This document shows positions 20,183 to 29,119 of a DNA stretch of 64,000 nt, piece by piece (the first letter of the stretch is position 1; each line of letters opens with the position of its first letter). Position numbers and translations under genes: made by a program. This DNA is from a bacterium. GTDB lineage: Bacteria > UBA8248. The notes beneath the pieces are model-generated. The model ran no database searches. It had not been told where the DNA came from and saw nothing but the letters and a program-made list of their open reading frames with translations. Where the stretch lies: assembly GCA_965242545.1 (NCBI GenBank), contig OZ251456.1, forward strand, positions 2,618,775 to 2,682,774, read 5' to 3'.

Positions 20183-21016
20183 ATGAAAACCGCGCTCGCT
20201 TTCGCCGCCGCCCTGCTCCTCGCCGCCCCGCCCTCCCCCGCCCAGGAGATAAAGCGGGAGAAGCCGGGGAACCCCGTCCTCCTGATGAAGACGAACTTCG
20301 GGGACGTCTATCTCGAGCTGTTCCCCGAGGAGGCGCCCAGGACGGTGAAGAACTTCATGGCGCTCGCCTCGGGCGCGCGCGCCTTCACCGACCACAAGAC
20401 GGGCGAGAAGGCGAAGCGCCCCTTCTACGACGGGCTGACGTTCCACCGCGTCATCAAGGGCTTCATGATTCAGGGGGGCGACCCCCGGGGCGACGGCGCG
20501 GGCGGGCCCGGCTACCGCTTCGAGGACGAGATAAACGCCGAGGCGCTGGGGCTGCACAGGATGAAGGCGCTGGAGAAGGGGCGCGTCCACCCCTTTCTGG
20601 GGATAAGAACGCAGAGCGAATTCCGGCGCGTCCTGCTGCATCCGCTCCTTCACAAGATGGGGGTGCGCTCGCAGGCGGACATGAACGCGCGGGAGAAGGA
20701 AGTCCAGGCGCGCCTCAACGCCCTCACGCTCAAGGAAGCCTACGAGAACATGGGCTACCGCTTCAGCCCGGCGCTCGCCTCGCGTCCGCCGGTGAAGGGC
20801 TCGCTGGCGATGGCGAACTCGGGCCCCGACACGAACGGCTCGCAGTTCTTCATCAACCTCGCGGACACGCCCTGGCTGGCCGGCAAGCACACCGTCTTCG
20901 GAAGGGTGGCGCGCGGCATGGAGGTGGTGGAGCGCATCGGCGAAACGCCCGTGGGGGCGGGCGCCGCGCCGGTGAAGGAGGCGCGGATCATCTCGATTCG
21001 GACGCATCCCCGATAA
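20183..21016 (+). CDS. Cyclophilin-type peptidyl-prolyl isomerase with signal peptide and internal insertion
   Basis: FYDGLTFHRVIKGFMIQGGD, LAMANSGPDTNGSQFFI, KHTVFGRV. Confidence 0.93.
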   Translation: MKTALAFAAALLLAAPPSPAQEIKREKPGNPVLLMKTNFGDVYLELFPEEAPRTVKNFMALASGARAFTDHKTGEKAKRPFYDGLTFHRVIKGFMIQGGDPRGDGAGGPGYRFEDEINAEALGLHRMKALEKGRVHPFLGIRTQSEFRRVLLHPLLHKMGVRSQADMNAREKEVQARLNALTLKEAYENMGYRFSPALASRPPVKGSLAMANSGPDTNGSQFFINLADTPWLAGKHTVFGRVARGMEVVERIGETPVGAGAAPVKEARIISIRTHPR

Positions 21017-21052
21017 TCGCCGGTTGAGGGCGGGAGCGGCGCGCCGGGCGCG

Positions 21053-21661
21053 CTAGATTTCGCGGCGGCCCTCCAGGGAGCGGGTGAGCGTCATCTCGTC
21101 CGCGTATTCGAGGTGGCTGCCCATCGGCAGGCCGTGCGCCAGCTGGGTGACGCGCGCGCCCAGGGGCTTGAGAACCCGCGCGAGATAAAGAGAGGTGCCC
21201 TCGCCCGCCATGTTGGGGTTGAGGGCGAGAATCACCTCCTTCACCTCCTCGCGCCTCACGCGCTCGATCAGCTGCGGGATGGTGAGGTCTTCGGGCTCCA
21301 CCCCGTCCAGGGGCGAGATGACGCCCATCAGCACGTGATAGCGGCCCTTCACGCCCCCCGCGCGCTCCATGGCGAACACGTCGGCGGGCTCCTCCACCAC
21401 GCAGATGACGCCCGGTTCGCGTCCGCCGCAGACGGCGCAGTCCTCCCCGCCGGCCGCGCCCTCCACGAGCATCGAGCACGTGGCGCAAAAGGCCACCTTC
21501 TCGTGAAGCACCCCGCAGGAGGCGGCGATTCGGCCCGCGGCTTCCGGATCCTTGCCCAGCAGGTGAAAGACGATGCGCCGCGCGCTCTTGGGGCCCACCC
21601 CGGGCAGACGGCGAAACGCCTCGATGCACGCTTCGATGGCGGGAAACCGGCTGAGCTGCAT
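21053..21661 (-). CDS. recR: Recombination mediator RecR
   Basis: LPGVGPKSARR, C4 zinc finger, YHVLMG, EYADEMTL; dnaX-ybaB-recR order. Confidence 0.96.
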   Translation of the reverse strand: MQLSRFPAIEACIEAFRRLPGVGPKSARRIVFHLLGKDPEAAGRIAASCGVLHEKVAFCATCSMLVEGAAGGEDCAVCGGREPGVICVVEEPADVFAMERAGGVKGRYHVLMGVISPLDGVEPEDLTIPQLIERVRREEVKEVILALNPNMAGEGTSLYLARVLKPLGARVTQLAHGLPMGSHLEYADEMTLTRSLEGRREI

Positions 21662-21703
21662 GACGCTCCCTCGCTCGCGCTCCCGGAGGCGGCCGGCGGC
21701 GAA

Positions 21704-22021
21704 TCAGAACAGGCCGGGAACCGGCAGGCCGCCGGTGAGCTTCTTCATCTCTTCGGACATCATCTCCCGGCCCTTCCTGGACGCCTCGTTGCACGCGGCG
21801 CGCACCAGATCCTCGAGCATCTCCACGTCCTCGGGGTCCGCCACCTCCGGGTCTATCTTCACCGACACCACCTCGCCCGCCCCGTTGGCGACCACCCTCA
21901 CCATGCCGCCGCCCGAGGAGGCCTCCACCGTCCTGCCCGCCATCTCCTCCTGGACCCGCGCCATTTTGTCCTGGAGCTGGCGCGCCTGCTTCATCAGATT
22001 TCCGATACCGCCCTTCAACAT
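21704..22021 (-). CDS. ybaB: YbaB/EbfC nucleoid-associated protein
   Basis: MKQARQLQ...SGGGMVRV...EMLEDLV; lies between dnaX and recR. Confidence 0.93.
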   Translation of the reverse strand: MLKGGIGNLMKQARQLQDKMARVQEEMAGRTVEASSGGGMVRVVANGAGEVVSVKIDPEVADPEDVEMLEDLVRAACNEASRKGREMMSEEMKKLTGGLPVPGLF

Positions 22022-22106
22022 GAGAATCTCCCCGATGCGCTTCCGACCGGCGCCCGGTCGGCGGCCCGCCCGCGGCGGCGTCCTTCGCTCCCGCCGCCCG
22101 CGCGGC

Positions 22107-23810
22107 TCAAGTTTCCTTCGGTTTTCGCGCGCGCAGGGGGCGGATGTCGGTGATCCGCCCGTTGAACAGATCGACCACCTCCTGAATCGCGGCCTGCGCG
22201 TCCTCGTCCACTTTTCGGGCGCGCTCGTCCGCGCCCTCCCGCTCGTCGTCCGCCCCGGCGGCCGGACGCGCGCCGTTCTCCGCCCCCGCCAGCTCGACGC
22301 GGGCGCTCCAAGGGGAGCGCGTCCTGAAGAACTCCTCCAGCTCGGGCAGCGACTCCTCCGCCAGATGCAGGCCCTGCGCGTTCCGGTTCTCCCGGGCGAG
22401 GGTGAGGCGGATGAGCCCCTCGGTCTCCAGGTCGAGTTCGGCGCCCAGAAAAAGCGCGCGCCTCGTCGGACGCAGCGCCTCCACCGCACCCTCCCACGCG
22501 CGGCGCGCCTCGGCGGAATCCCACGCTTTCGCCTCCGCGGCGGGAGAGCTTTCGGCGGCCGCTTCAGGCGGAGGAGAGGCCGGGCCGGGCGCGGCGGCCT
22601 CCCCGGAGGCTTCTCCGGCGGCCGGAGCGGGCGGCGCGGAGGGGCGAGGCGGCGGCGCTCCGCCCGCGCTCATGGACTCGAGCCTTTCCATCAGGGCGTT
22701 CAAATCCGCCAGAGGCTCGATCTGGCACATGCGCAGAATCGCGACCTCGAGCGTCATCCGGGGATGATCGGAGGTTCTGAGTTCCGCTTCCGCCCCCTGA
22801 AGGATGGAATACGCCTGATGCGCCTCGGCGAAGCTCATCGCGCCGGCCACCTCCTTGCGCTCCTCGATCTCCGACGCCGCGACGTCGAAGAGCGCGCCGT
22901 CGTCGCCCGCCGAGAGGAGAACCATGCAGTCGCGCAGATACTCCAGCAGGTTCGAGGAGAAGAGCCGGAGGTCGTGGCCCGCGTCGAACACCCCCTTCAG
23001 CTCGGTGAGCGCCCTGCTTCCGTCCCGCGCGATCACCGCCTCGACCAGCGCCTTGTAGAGGCTCCCCGAGGGCACGCCGAGCGCCTTCTCCACCTCCCCG
23101 GCGGACACCGGATCCGTAGCGGAGAAGGCCAGCGCCTGATCGAGCAGGGACTGCGCGTCGCGGATGCTGCCCTCGCCCATGCGCGCGAGCAGCTTCACGG
23201 CCGCCTCGTCCATCTTCCGGCCCTGCGCCTCGACGATTTTCGCAAGGTGCGCCGCGATGACGGAGGGCGCGATTCTCCTGAACTCGAACACCTGGCAGCG
23301 ACTCAGGATGGTGTCGGGAACCCCCTTCATCTCCGTGGTCGCCAGAATGAAGACGACGTGGGGCGGCGGCTCCTCGAGCGTTTTCAGCAGGGCGTTGAAG
23401 GAGCTCCTGGAGAGCATGTGCGCTTCATCGAAGATCACCGTCTTGCAGCGCCCGCGCGCGGGGTGGTAGCGCAGCCCCTCCCGCAGCTCGCGCACGCTGT
23501 CCACCCCGGTGTAGGCGGCGGCGTCGATTTCGAGGATATCCGGATGCGCCCCCTTCGCTATCTCTTCGCACGAGGCGCACCGGTTGCACGGCTCGGGAAG
23601 AGGCCCCTCGCCCGATTCGCAGTTCAGCGCCTTGGCGAGAATGCGCGCGGTGGTCGTCTTGCCCACCCCGCGCGTTCCGCTGAACAGATAGGCGGGCGCG
23701 ACGCGCCCCGAGGCGAGGGCGTTGGAGAGCGTCCGCCGGATATGATCCTGGCCGATCAGGTCCTCAAAGCGCTGCGGACGCCATTTCCGGGCGCTGCCGA
23801 CGAAGGACAT
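22107..23810 (-). CDS. dnaX: DNA polymerase III subunit gamma/tau
   Basis: ARKWRPQRF, GTRGVGKTT, DEAHMLS, NALLKTLEEPP, TILSRCQ. Confidence 0.97.
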   Translation of the reverse strand: MSFVGSARKWRPQRFEDLIGQDHIRRTLSNALASGRVAPAYLFSGTRGVGKTTTARILAKALNCESGEGPLPEPCNRCASCEEIAKGAHPDILEIDAAAYTGVDSVRELREGLRYHPARGRCKTVIFDEAHMLSRSSFNALLKTLEEPPPHVVFILATTEMKGVPDTILSRCQVFEFRRIAPSVIAAHLAKIVEAQGRKMDEAAVKLLARMGEGSIRDAQSLLDQALAFSATDPVSAGEVEKALGVPSGSLYKALVEAVIARDGSRALTELKGVFDAGHDLRLFSSNLLEYLRDCMVLLSAGDDGALFDVAASEIEERKEVAGAMSFAEAHQAYSILQGAEAELRTSDHPRMTLEVAILRMCQIEPLADLNALMERLESMSAGGAPPPRPSAPPAPAAGEASGEAAAPGPASPPPEAAAESSPAAEAKAWDSAEARRAWEGAVEALRPTRRALFLGAELDLETEGLIRLTLARENRNAQGLHLAEESLPELEEFFRTRSPWSARVELAGAENGARPAAGADDEREGADERARKVDEDAQAAIQEVVDLFNGRITDIRPLRARKPKET

Positions 23811-23886
23811 CGAGAACCCATCCCTTGCGAGGGGCGCGCCGCCGGCCGCCGGAAGCGCCCGGCGCGGCGCGAAAAGCGAACGGAAT

Positions 23887-24017
23887 CCGCGAAGGAGCCG
23901 ACCGGCCAGGCGACCTCGCGGCGCCCGGGAGGGTCCGCTTGCCGCTGCTTCCTTCCGGACCTGACGGGGTTCGCGGGCTCCCGCCGCGCGAGACCCGGCC
24001 GGCCGGCTCCTTCGCGG
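23887..24017 (-). ncRNA. ffs: Signal recognition particle RNA (4.5S)
   Basis: Conserved TCAGGTCCGGAAGGAAGCAGC (minus strand, 23944-23964) within a long hairpin upstream of dnaX; ends approximate. Confidence 0.92.
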
Positions 24018-24310
24018 TCTCCAAAGGGGAATCCTACCCCGGCCGGCCGTCTTTTGGAAGGGCGGGGGGCAAGGCGACGAACCCCGCGAATTCCATCGCC
24101 CCGGGAAAACGAGCGGCCGCTCCGCGCGAGGCGCGCTCCGTTCGGGAGGCTTTCCGCGAGCGAAGCGCCGCCGGGTCTCGTCTCTCTCCCGGCGGACGTC
24201 GTCATTTCGCCCCGATGGGGCTACAATGGCGCTTTCAGCTGCGAACCGCGCAAACCCCCGGCCGTGGGGGAGGCCCGCTTCGCGCCGGAAAGAGAAAGGC
24301 CCCGAAACCC

Positions 24311-25177
24311 ATGCCGCACTCGGAGATCGTCGAGCTGGCGAAGGGAAAGACCCACGTCCTCCAGAACGCGTTTCCCCTGGACGGGCGCATCAGCGCGTAC
24401 CCCATCAGCGCGCGGGGGCACAGCGTCTCCAACTGCTATCTCCTGCGGGAAGCCGGGGGCGCGCTCCTGCTCGACACCGGCTACGCCGCCCACGAGGCCG
24501 AAATCCTGGCGCAGCTGGCCTCGGTTCTCGACCCCGGGACGCCCCTCTCGCTGCTTCCGCTTCGCATCAACGAATTCATGTCGGTGGGAAACGCCATGGC
24601 CGTCGCCCGGCGGTTCAACGTGACGGAGTGTCTCTCCCCCGTGCCGAAGATCAGCGAGTGGCTCGAGTTCGAGGCGATCGACCCGGACGGCGAGGGCGAG
24701 GGCGCGCCCGCTCTTCCCACCACGGTGCTGAAGCCGCTTCATCCCGTCCAAATCGGCGAGAGGCGCATCGAGGTGATGAACGCGCCGATCCGCCTCATCA
24801 GCACCCGCTGGATTTACGACGCGGACACGCGCACGCTGTTCACCTCGGACATGTTCACCCACCTCTGGCGAGAAGCGGCCGAGGGCCCCTGGCTGCTGGA
24901 GGAGGAGGAGGACGCGACGACGCCCGCCTTCGTTCGCTCGTTCCTGCTGAACACGCGCTACTGGTGGCTGGAGGGCGCGAGGACGGACGCCATCAGAAAA
25001 GGCGTCGCCGGGGTCTTCGAGCGCCATGACATCGAAACCATCGCCCCGGGCTACGGCGCCATCCTGAGGGGGCGCGCTCTGGTCGAGCGACAGTTCGCCG
25101 CCCTGGACGAGGCGCTGGCGAGCCTCGACCGCAGAAGCGTCAAGCCGCGATACGTCCCGCTCGGCCTGGAGAGATAG
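24311..25177 (+). CDS. Divergent MBL-fold (ODP/flavodiiron-like) protein
   Basis: NCYLL..LLDTG, RTLFTSDMF, IAPGYG; canonical metal motif degenerate. Confidence 0.65.
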   Translation: MPHSEIVELAKGKTHVLQNAFPLDGRISAYPISARGHSVSNCYLLREAGGALLLDTGYAAHEAEILAQLASVLDPGTPLSLLPLRINEFMSVGNAMAVARRFNVTECLSPVPKISEWLEFEAIDPDGEGEGAPALPTTVLKPLHPVQIGERRIEVMNAPIRLISTRWIYDADTRTLFTSDMFTHLWREAAEGPWLLEEEEDATTPAFVRSFLLNTRYWWLEGARTDAIRKGVAGVFERHDIETIAPGYGAILRGRALVERQFAALDEALASLDRRSVKPRYVPLGLER

Positions 25178-25185
25178 GAGCGCCC

Positions 25186-25947
25186 GTGAGCCATCCCCTG
25201 CCCCGCGAAATCGCGCCCGGCGTCTTCTGGCTCGGGGACTGCCTCGTCCAGCACTCCGGGGGCAAGATCTATCATTCCTACAACGCGGCCTTTCTGGTGG
25301 TCGGCTCGGAGGCTTCCATGCTGGTCGAGACGGGGCACCCCAAGGATTTTCCCGTCATCGAGCGGCAGATGCGGGAAATTCTCGACAGGAGCGGCGGAGC
25401 GCTCAGGCACCTGTTTCTCACCCATCAGGAGACGCCCCACTCGGGCGGCCTGGGCCGCGTGCTGGAGCGATATCCGGACCTCGCGATCCACGGGGACATG
25501 AGCGACTACCACCTGGCCTTCCCGCGTCACGAGGGCCGCTTCCGGGAGATGCGGACGGGCGAGACCATCGACCTGGGCGACAAGCGGTTCATGGCGGTGG
25601 AGCCGGTGATTCGGGACCTGCGGAGTTCACTCTGGGGGTTCGAGACCGGCGGGCGGACGCTCTTTCCCGGGGACGGCTTCGCCTACAGCCACTATCACGA
25701 GGACGGCCACTGCGGGCTGTTCGCCGAAGAAGCCGCCTCTCTCGACCTGGTGGACGTTCTGGGCGTGTTCGCCGAGCGCGCCCTGTTCTGGACCACCTTC
25801 ACCGACATGAACCTCTACGCCGACAGGCTCGAGGAGCTGATGGACGCGCTGGACGTTCAGGTGGTCGCACCGACCCACGGCCTGCCCATCCGGGACGTCG
25901 CCCGCACCATGCCCCGGGTCAGAGAGGGCCTCGTCCGGGGCGAATGA
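25186..25947 (+). CDS. MBL-fold (ODP/flavodiiron-like) metalloprotein
   Basis: YNAAFL, LVETG, THQETPHSGG, LFPGDGF, APTHG. Confidence 0.75.
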   Translation: MSHPLPREIAPGVFWLGDCLVQHSGGKIYHSYNAAFLVVGSEASMLVETGHPKDFPVIERQMREILDRSGGALRHLFLTHQETPHSGGLGRVLERYPDLAIHGDMSDYHLAFPRHEGRFREMRTGETIDLGDKRFMAVEPVIRDLRSSLWGFETGGRTLFPGDGFAYSHYHEDGHCGLFAEEAASLDLVDVLGVFAERALFWTTFTDMNLYADRLEELMDALDVQVVAPTHGLPIRDVARTMPRVREGLVRGE

Positions 25948-26043
25948 GAGGAAGCCCGGCGCGTAGGAAGGGCGGCGGGCGAGGGCGCGCTCATCCCTTC
26001 GCCTCCATCGGCGGAAGACGCCCGCCGGCGCGTCCGGCCCCGG

Positions 26044-26442
26044 CTAGACGTCCTCCACCAGCTCCCACAGCGTCCCCATCGTGCTCTTCGGCTTGATGAA
26101 GGCGATGAGGTGTCCGCCGAAGCCGCGCCGCGACTTCTCGTCGATGAGCTCGAAGCCCCGCGCCTTCAGCTCCGCCAGCGTGCCGTCGATGTTCTTCACG
26201 TCGAAGGCCACGTGGTGGAGACCCTCGTCGCGCGTCTCGATGAACCTGGCGAGGTCCGTCCCCTCCCTGAGGGGGGAGATGGGCTCGATGAGGTCGCCGC
26301 CCATATCCAGCATGGCCAGGTCGGTCGCGCCGTCGGCGGAAGTCTCGCGCGCGAGCAGCTTCGCGCCCGCTCCCTCATAGAGGGCGATGGCGGCGTCCAC
26401 GTCCTTCACCGCGACCCCGATGTGATGCACCTTGTCGAACAT
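26044..26442 (-). CDS. VOC family protein (methylmalonyl-CoA epimerase-like)
   Basis: HHIGVAV, EGLHHVAF, AFIKPKSTMGTLWELVE. Confidence 0.88.
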   Translation of the reverse strand: MFDKVHHIGVAVKDVDAAIALYEGAGAKLLARETSADGATDLAMLDMGGDLIEPISPLREGTDLARFIETRDEGLHHVAFDVKNIDGTLAELKARGFELIDEKSRRGFGGHLIAFIKPKSTMGTLWELVEDV

Positions 26443-26679
26443 ATCCGCGCGTCCTCCCGTGAAAAGGCGGGGAGCCGGGTTCGCCGGCCTCCCCGCGTTC
26501 GAGTTGAAAGCGTCAGCGGGCGATTCGGCAGGCTTCCTGTTTAGCAGGCCCGCCGCGGCGCCGCAATCGCGCCTTCAAAGAAGAGGGCGGGAAGCCGCGA
26601 ACTGGACGCGCGCGGGGCGTTTGCCCTATGCTCCCTCAAAGGGAATCATGCGAACTTCGCATTCACGAGGAGAACGCTC

Positions 26680-27240
26680 ATGGAAGGGCCGATTGACGGA
26701 CACAGCACCTCCACGACGCCCGGCGAGCGCGTCATCGACAAGCCGGAGCTCCCCGCGCGGGGACTCTACACGGACAACACCGTCCGCGCCGAGATGGTCG
26801 AAGGCGCCCTGCAGCTCAAGCGCGGCGTCGCCGGGGAATACGAAATCTTCTGCGACGAGGGGGCGCAGATCGGCGGAACGGCGAAATACCCCACGCCGAT
26901 GGCCTATCTGGCGATGGCGACGGGGTTCTGACTGCTCACCCAGGTGTCGCGGTACGCGCACATGATGAAGCTCTCCATCAAGGGGGCGAGCGTTTCCGTC
27001 CGGTTCCGCAAGACCCTGGGCGGCTCCGTCCTCAAGGGGACGGTGTTCAACAAGTGGCAGGGCGTGGACACCCATCTCCGGGTGGAATCGGACGAGCCCG
27101 CCGACAGGCTCGCCCACCTGATCAAGAACGCCAAGAACGGCTGCTTCGCCGAGAGCCTCATCGCCGAGCCGGTTCCCCTGCGCTCCACCGTGGAGGTGAA
27201 CGGGGAGCCGTTCCGCATCGAGGGCGTGACGGACGATTAG
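26680..27240 (+). CDS. OsmC-like selenoprotein (Sec at TGA 26929-26931)
   Basis: The two track ORFs are in one frame, joined by TGA: TPMAYLAMATGF-U-LLTQVSRY, at the first catalytic Cys position of OsmC; second Cys in AKNGCFAE; SECIS-like hairpin follows. Confidence 0.82.
26941..26964 (+). promoter_or_regulatory. Putative bacterial SECIS element
   Basis: GTG-T(bulge)-CGCG-GTA-CGCG-CAC hairpin starting 12 nt after the TGA; G-containing loop and bulged U as in the E. coli fdhF SECIS. Confidence 0.7.
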
Positions 27241-27313
27241 CCCCGGGCCGCCCGCAGCGGCGCGCCGGGCGCCGTGAAAACGCCGCGTCCGCCCCTTTTC
27301 GCATGGAGTGATC

Positions 27314-27781
27314 ATGGACTGCTTCAGCGCTTCGGAAGACGTCGCCTTCGGCTCGCAGCCGGCGCCGGAGGATTTGAAGACGCTCGCCGCCCAAGGCGTC
27401 AGGACCATCATCAACACCCGCTTTCCCGACGAGGATCAGGGCGAGCTTCCCCCCGATCGCGCGAGGGCGGAGGCGGAGGCGCTGGGGATGCGCTACGTCA
27501 ACGTCCCCGTCTCGCCGGTCGAGTTCAGCCCCGCCTCCCTCGCCGAAGTCAGCCGCGCCCTGCGCGAGGCGAAGCCCCGCGGTCCCGCCTTCGTCCACTG
27601 AAAGGCGACGGGGCGGGCCGGGATTTGCTCGCTGAATCATCTGGCGGAGGAGAACGGTTGGACGGCGGAGGAGATGGAGCGGGCGGCCGACGCCACCGGC
27701 TTCGACTGGCGCGCCGCGCCCCTCGCGGAGAAGTTCCGGGAGTTCTTCGCGGGGCGGGGAAGTAAGAACGTGAGAGATTAA
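27314..27781 (+). CDS. DUF442/PTP-like phosphatase or sulfurtransferase selenoprotein (Sec at TGA 27599-27601)
   Basis: GSQP...GVRTIINTR...E...GMRYVNVPV...PAFVH-U-KATGRA; frame stays open 59 more codons to TAA 27779-27781; GGAG RBS before ATG 27314. Confidence 0.78.
27613..27632 (+). promoter_or_regulatory. Putative bacterial SECIS element
   Basis: GCGGGC-CGGGATTT-GCTCGC hairpin starting 11 nt after the TGA. Confidence 0.55.
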
Positions 27782-27979
27782 GGCCCTTCCGGGGGATCTG
27801 AAGCATTGCCGGCGGACAACTTCTCATTCGGCGTTGCCTCGCGGACAAACTGACGTAGAAGATAAAGCCCGAGGAGCGATTACCCGAATGGCTGGTTGAC
27901 CATTCCATCCGATGCAGCGAGAATGAGGCTTGTCCAACGATAGTGGTTATCTGTCAGATCTTCGTAAGGTATTGATAAA

Positions 27980-29119
27980 GTGCCCAGAACACAACGAGTT
28001 GCCCGGTTGCACCTCCCGGCTCTGAAAATCAAAGGGTTTCGCGGAGTCAAGAGTCTCTTCATCCCAAAACTGGGCCGCGTAACCCTGCTCGCCGGAAAGA
28101 ACAGCGTCGGAAAGACCTCCGTCCTTGAAGCGGTTGCCATATTCGCCGCACGTGGTCGTCGCTCCGCTCTTTCAGACGTGTTGGAAGAACGCAACGAATT
28201 GCTCACGATGATAGACGAGGATGGCGATGAGTACTCGGCGCCTAATGTAACGGCCATCTTCCATGGGCGGGACGCCTCAGAAAATCCATCCATCGTGATT
28301 GGTCCATCAACAAAGAAAGACCAACTCACGATCAAGAGGACTTCTCTTAGCGCTATCCCAGAAGAACAGTGGCTGGACATTATTAAAGATTTGGGACCCG
28401 AGCATGACGACGATGATTTGGCGTTGATTAAAGTCGTATTTCGAGGGAAGGAGTATATGTTCCCTTGGGCGGATTTCAAAAATCGGTTCTGGCGACGGCG
28501 TATGCGGAATCTCATTACGGAATCAGAACCACCGGCAGAAATACCATGCAAGACTCTGGGGCCGGGGTTGTTGCCCAATCACGAGATAGCCCAGCTTTGG
28601 GACGAAATCGCGCTGACCAAAGACGAAGAGCAAGCAGTTGATGCGCTAAGACTAATCTTTAGGCATAAAATGGATCGAATTGCGGTCATCGGAAATCAAG
28701 AACATAGCTATAGGAGTCGCGGTCGCCGCGTTATCGTCAAGCTGAAAGATCACCCCCAACCCGTTCCTCTGAAAAGCCTCGGAGACGGCGCGATTCGCCT
28801 TTTCAGCGTCGCCTTGGCTCTGGCGAACAGCCGGGACGGCATCCTGCTGATCGACGAAGCGGAAAACGGCATCCATCATTCCGTGCAGTCGGATTTCTGG
28901 CGCATGGTTTTGCGAATGGCCCGCGAGAACAATACGCAGGTTCTGGCGACGACCCACAGTTGGGACTGCGTAAGGGGTTTCGCGCAAGCCGCAGCCGATG
29001 ACGAAAATAACGAGGGAATTCTCATTCGCCTTGAGCGGGATGACGAAGATATCCAGGCGGTCTTCTACTCCGAAGACGAACTCCAGATCGCTGCCGAGCA
29101 AGGCATTGATGTCCGGTAA
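27980..29119 (+). CDS. ABC/AAA_15-21 family ATPase (putative defence)
   Basis: GKNSVGKT, SLGDG, LLIDEAENGIH, ATTHS; lower GC. Confidence 0.88.
   Translation: MPRTQRVARLHLPALKIKGFRGVKSLFIPKLGRVTLLAGKNSVGKTSVLEAVAIFAARGRRSALSDVLEERNELLTMIDEDGDEYSAPNVTAIFHGRDASENPSIVIGPSTKKDQLTIKRTSLSAIPEEQWLDIIKDLGPEHDDDDLALIKVVFRGKEYMFPWADFKNRFWRRRMRNLITESEPPAEIPCKTLGPGLLPNHEIAQLWDEIALTKDEEQAVDALRLIFRHKMDRIAVIGNQEHSYRSRGRRVIVKLKDHPQPVPLKSLGDGAIRLFSVALALANSRDGILLIDEAENGIHHSVQSDFWRMVLRMARENNTQVLATTHSWDCVRGFAQAAADDENNEGILIRLERDDEDIQAVFYSEDELQIAAEQGIDVR

Noticed and set aside
21573-24623. 1016-aa + strand ORF
   Set aside because: Antisense shadow of ybaB/dnaX/ffs in GC-rich DNA; no recognisable motifs.
26680-27781. 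Two nonsense pseudogenes
   Set aside because: Both stops are TGA at catalytic Cys positions with downstream hairpins and open, host-like downstream frames; Sec read-through is more parsimonious, though unproven.
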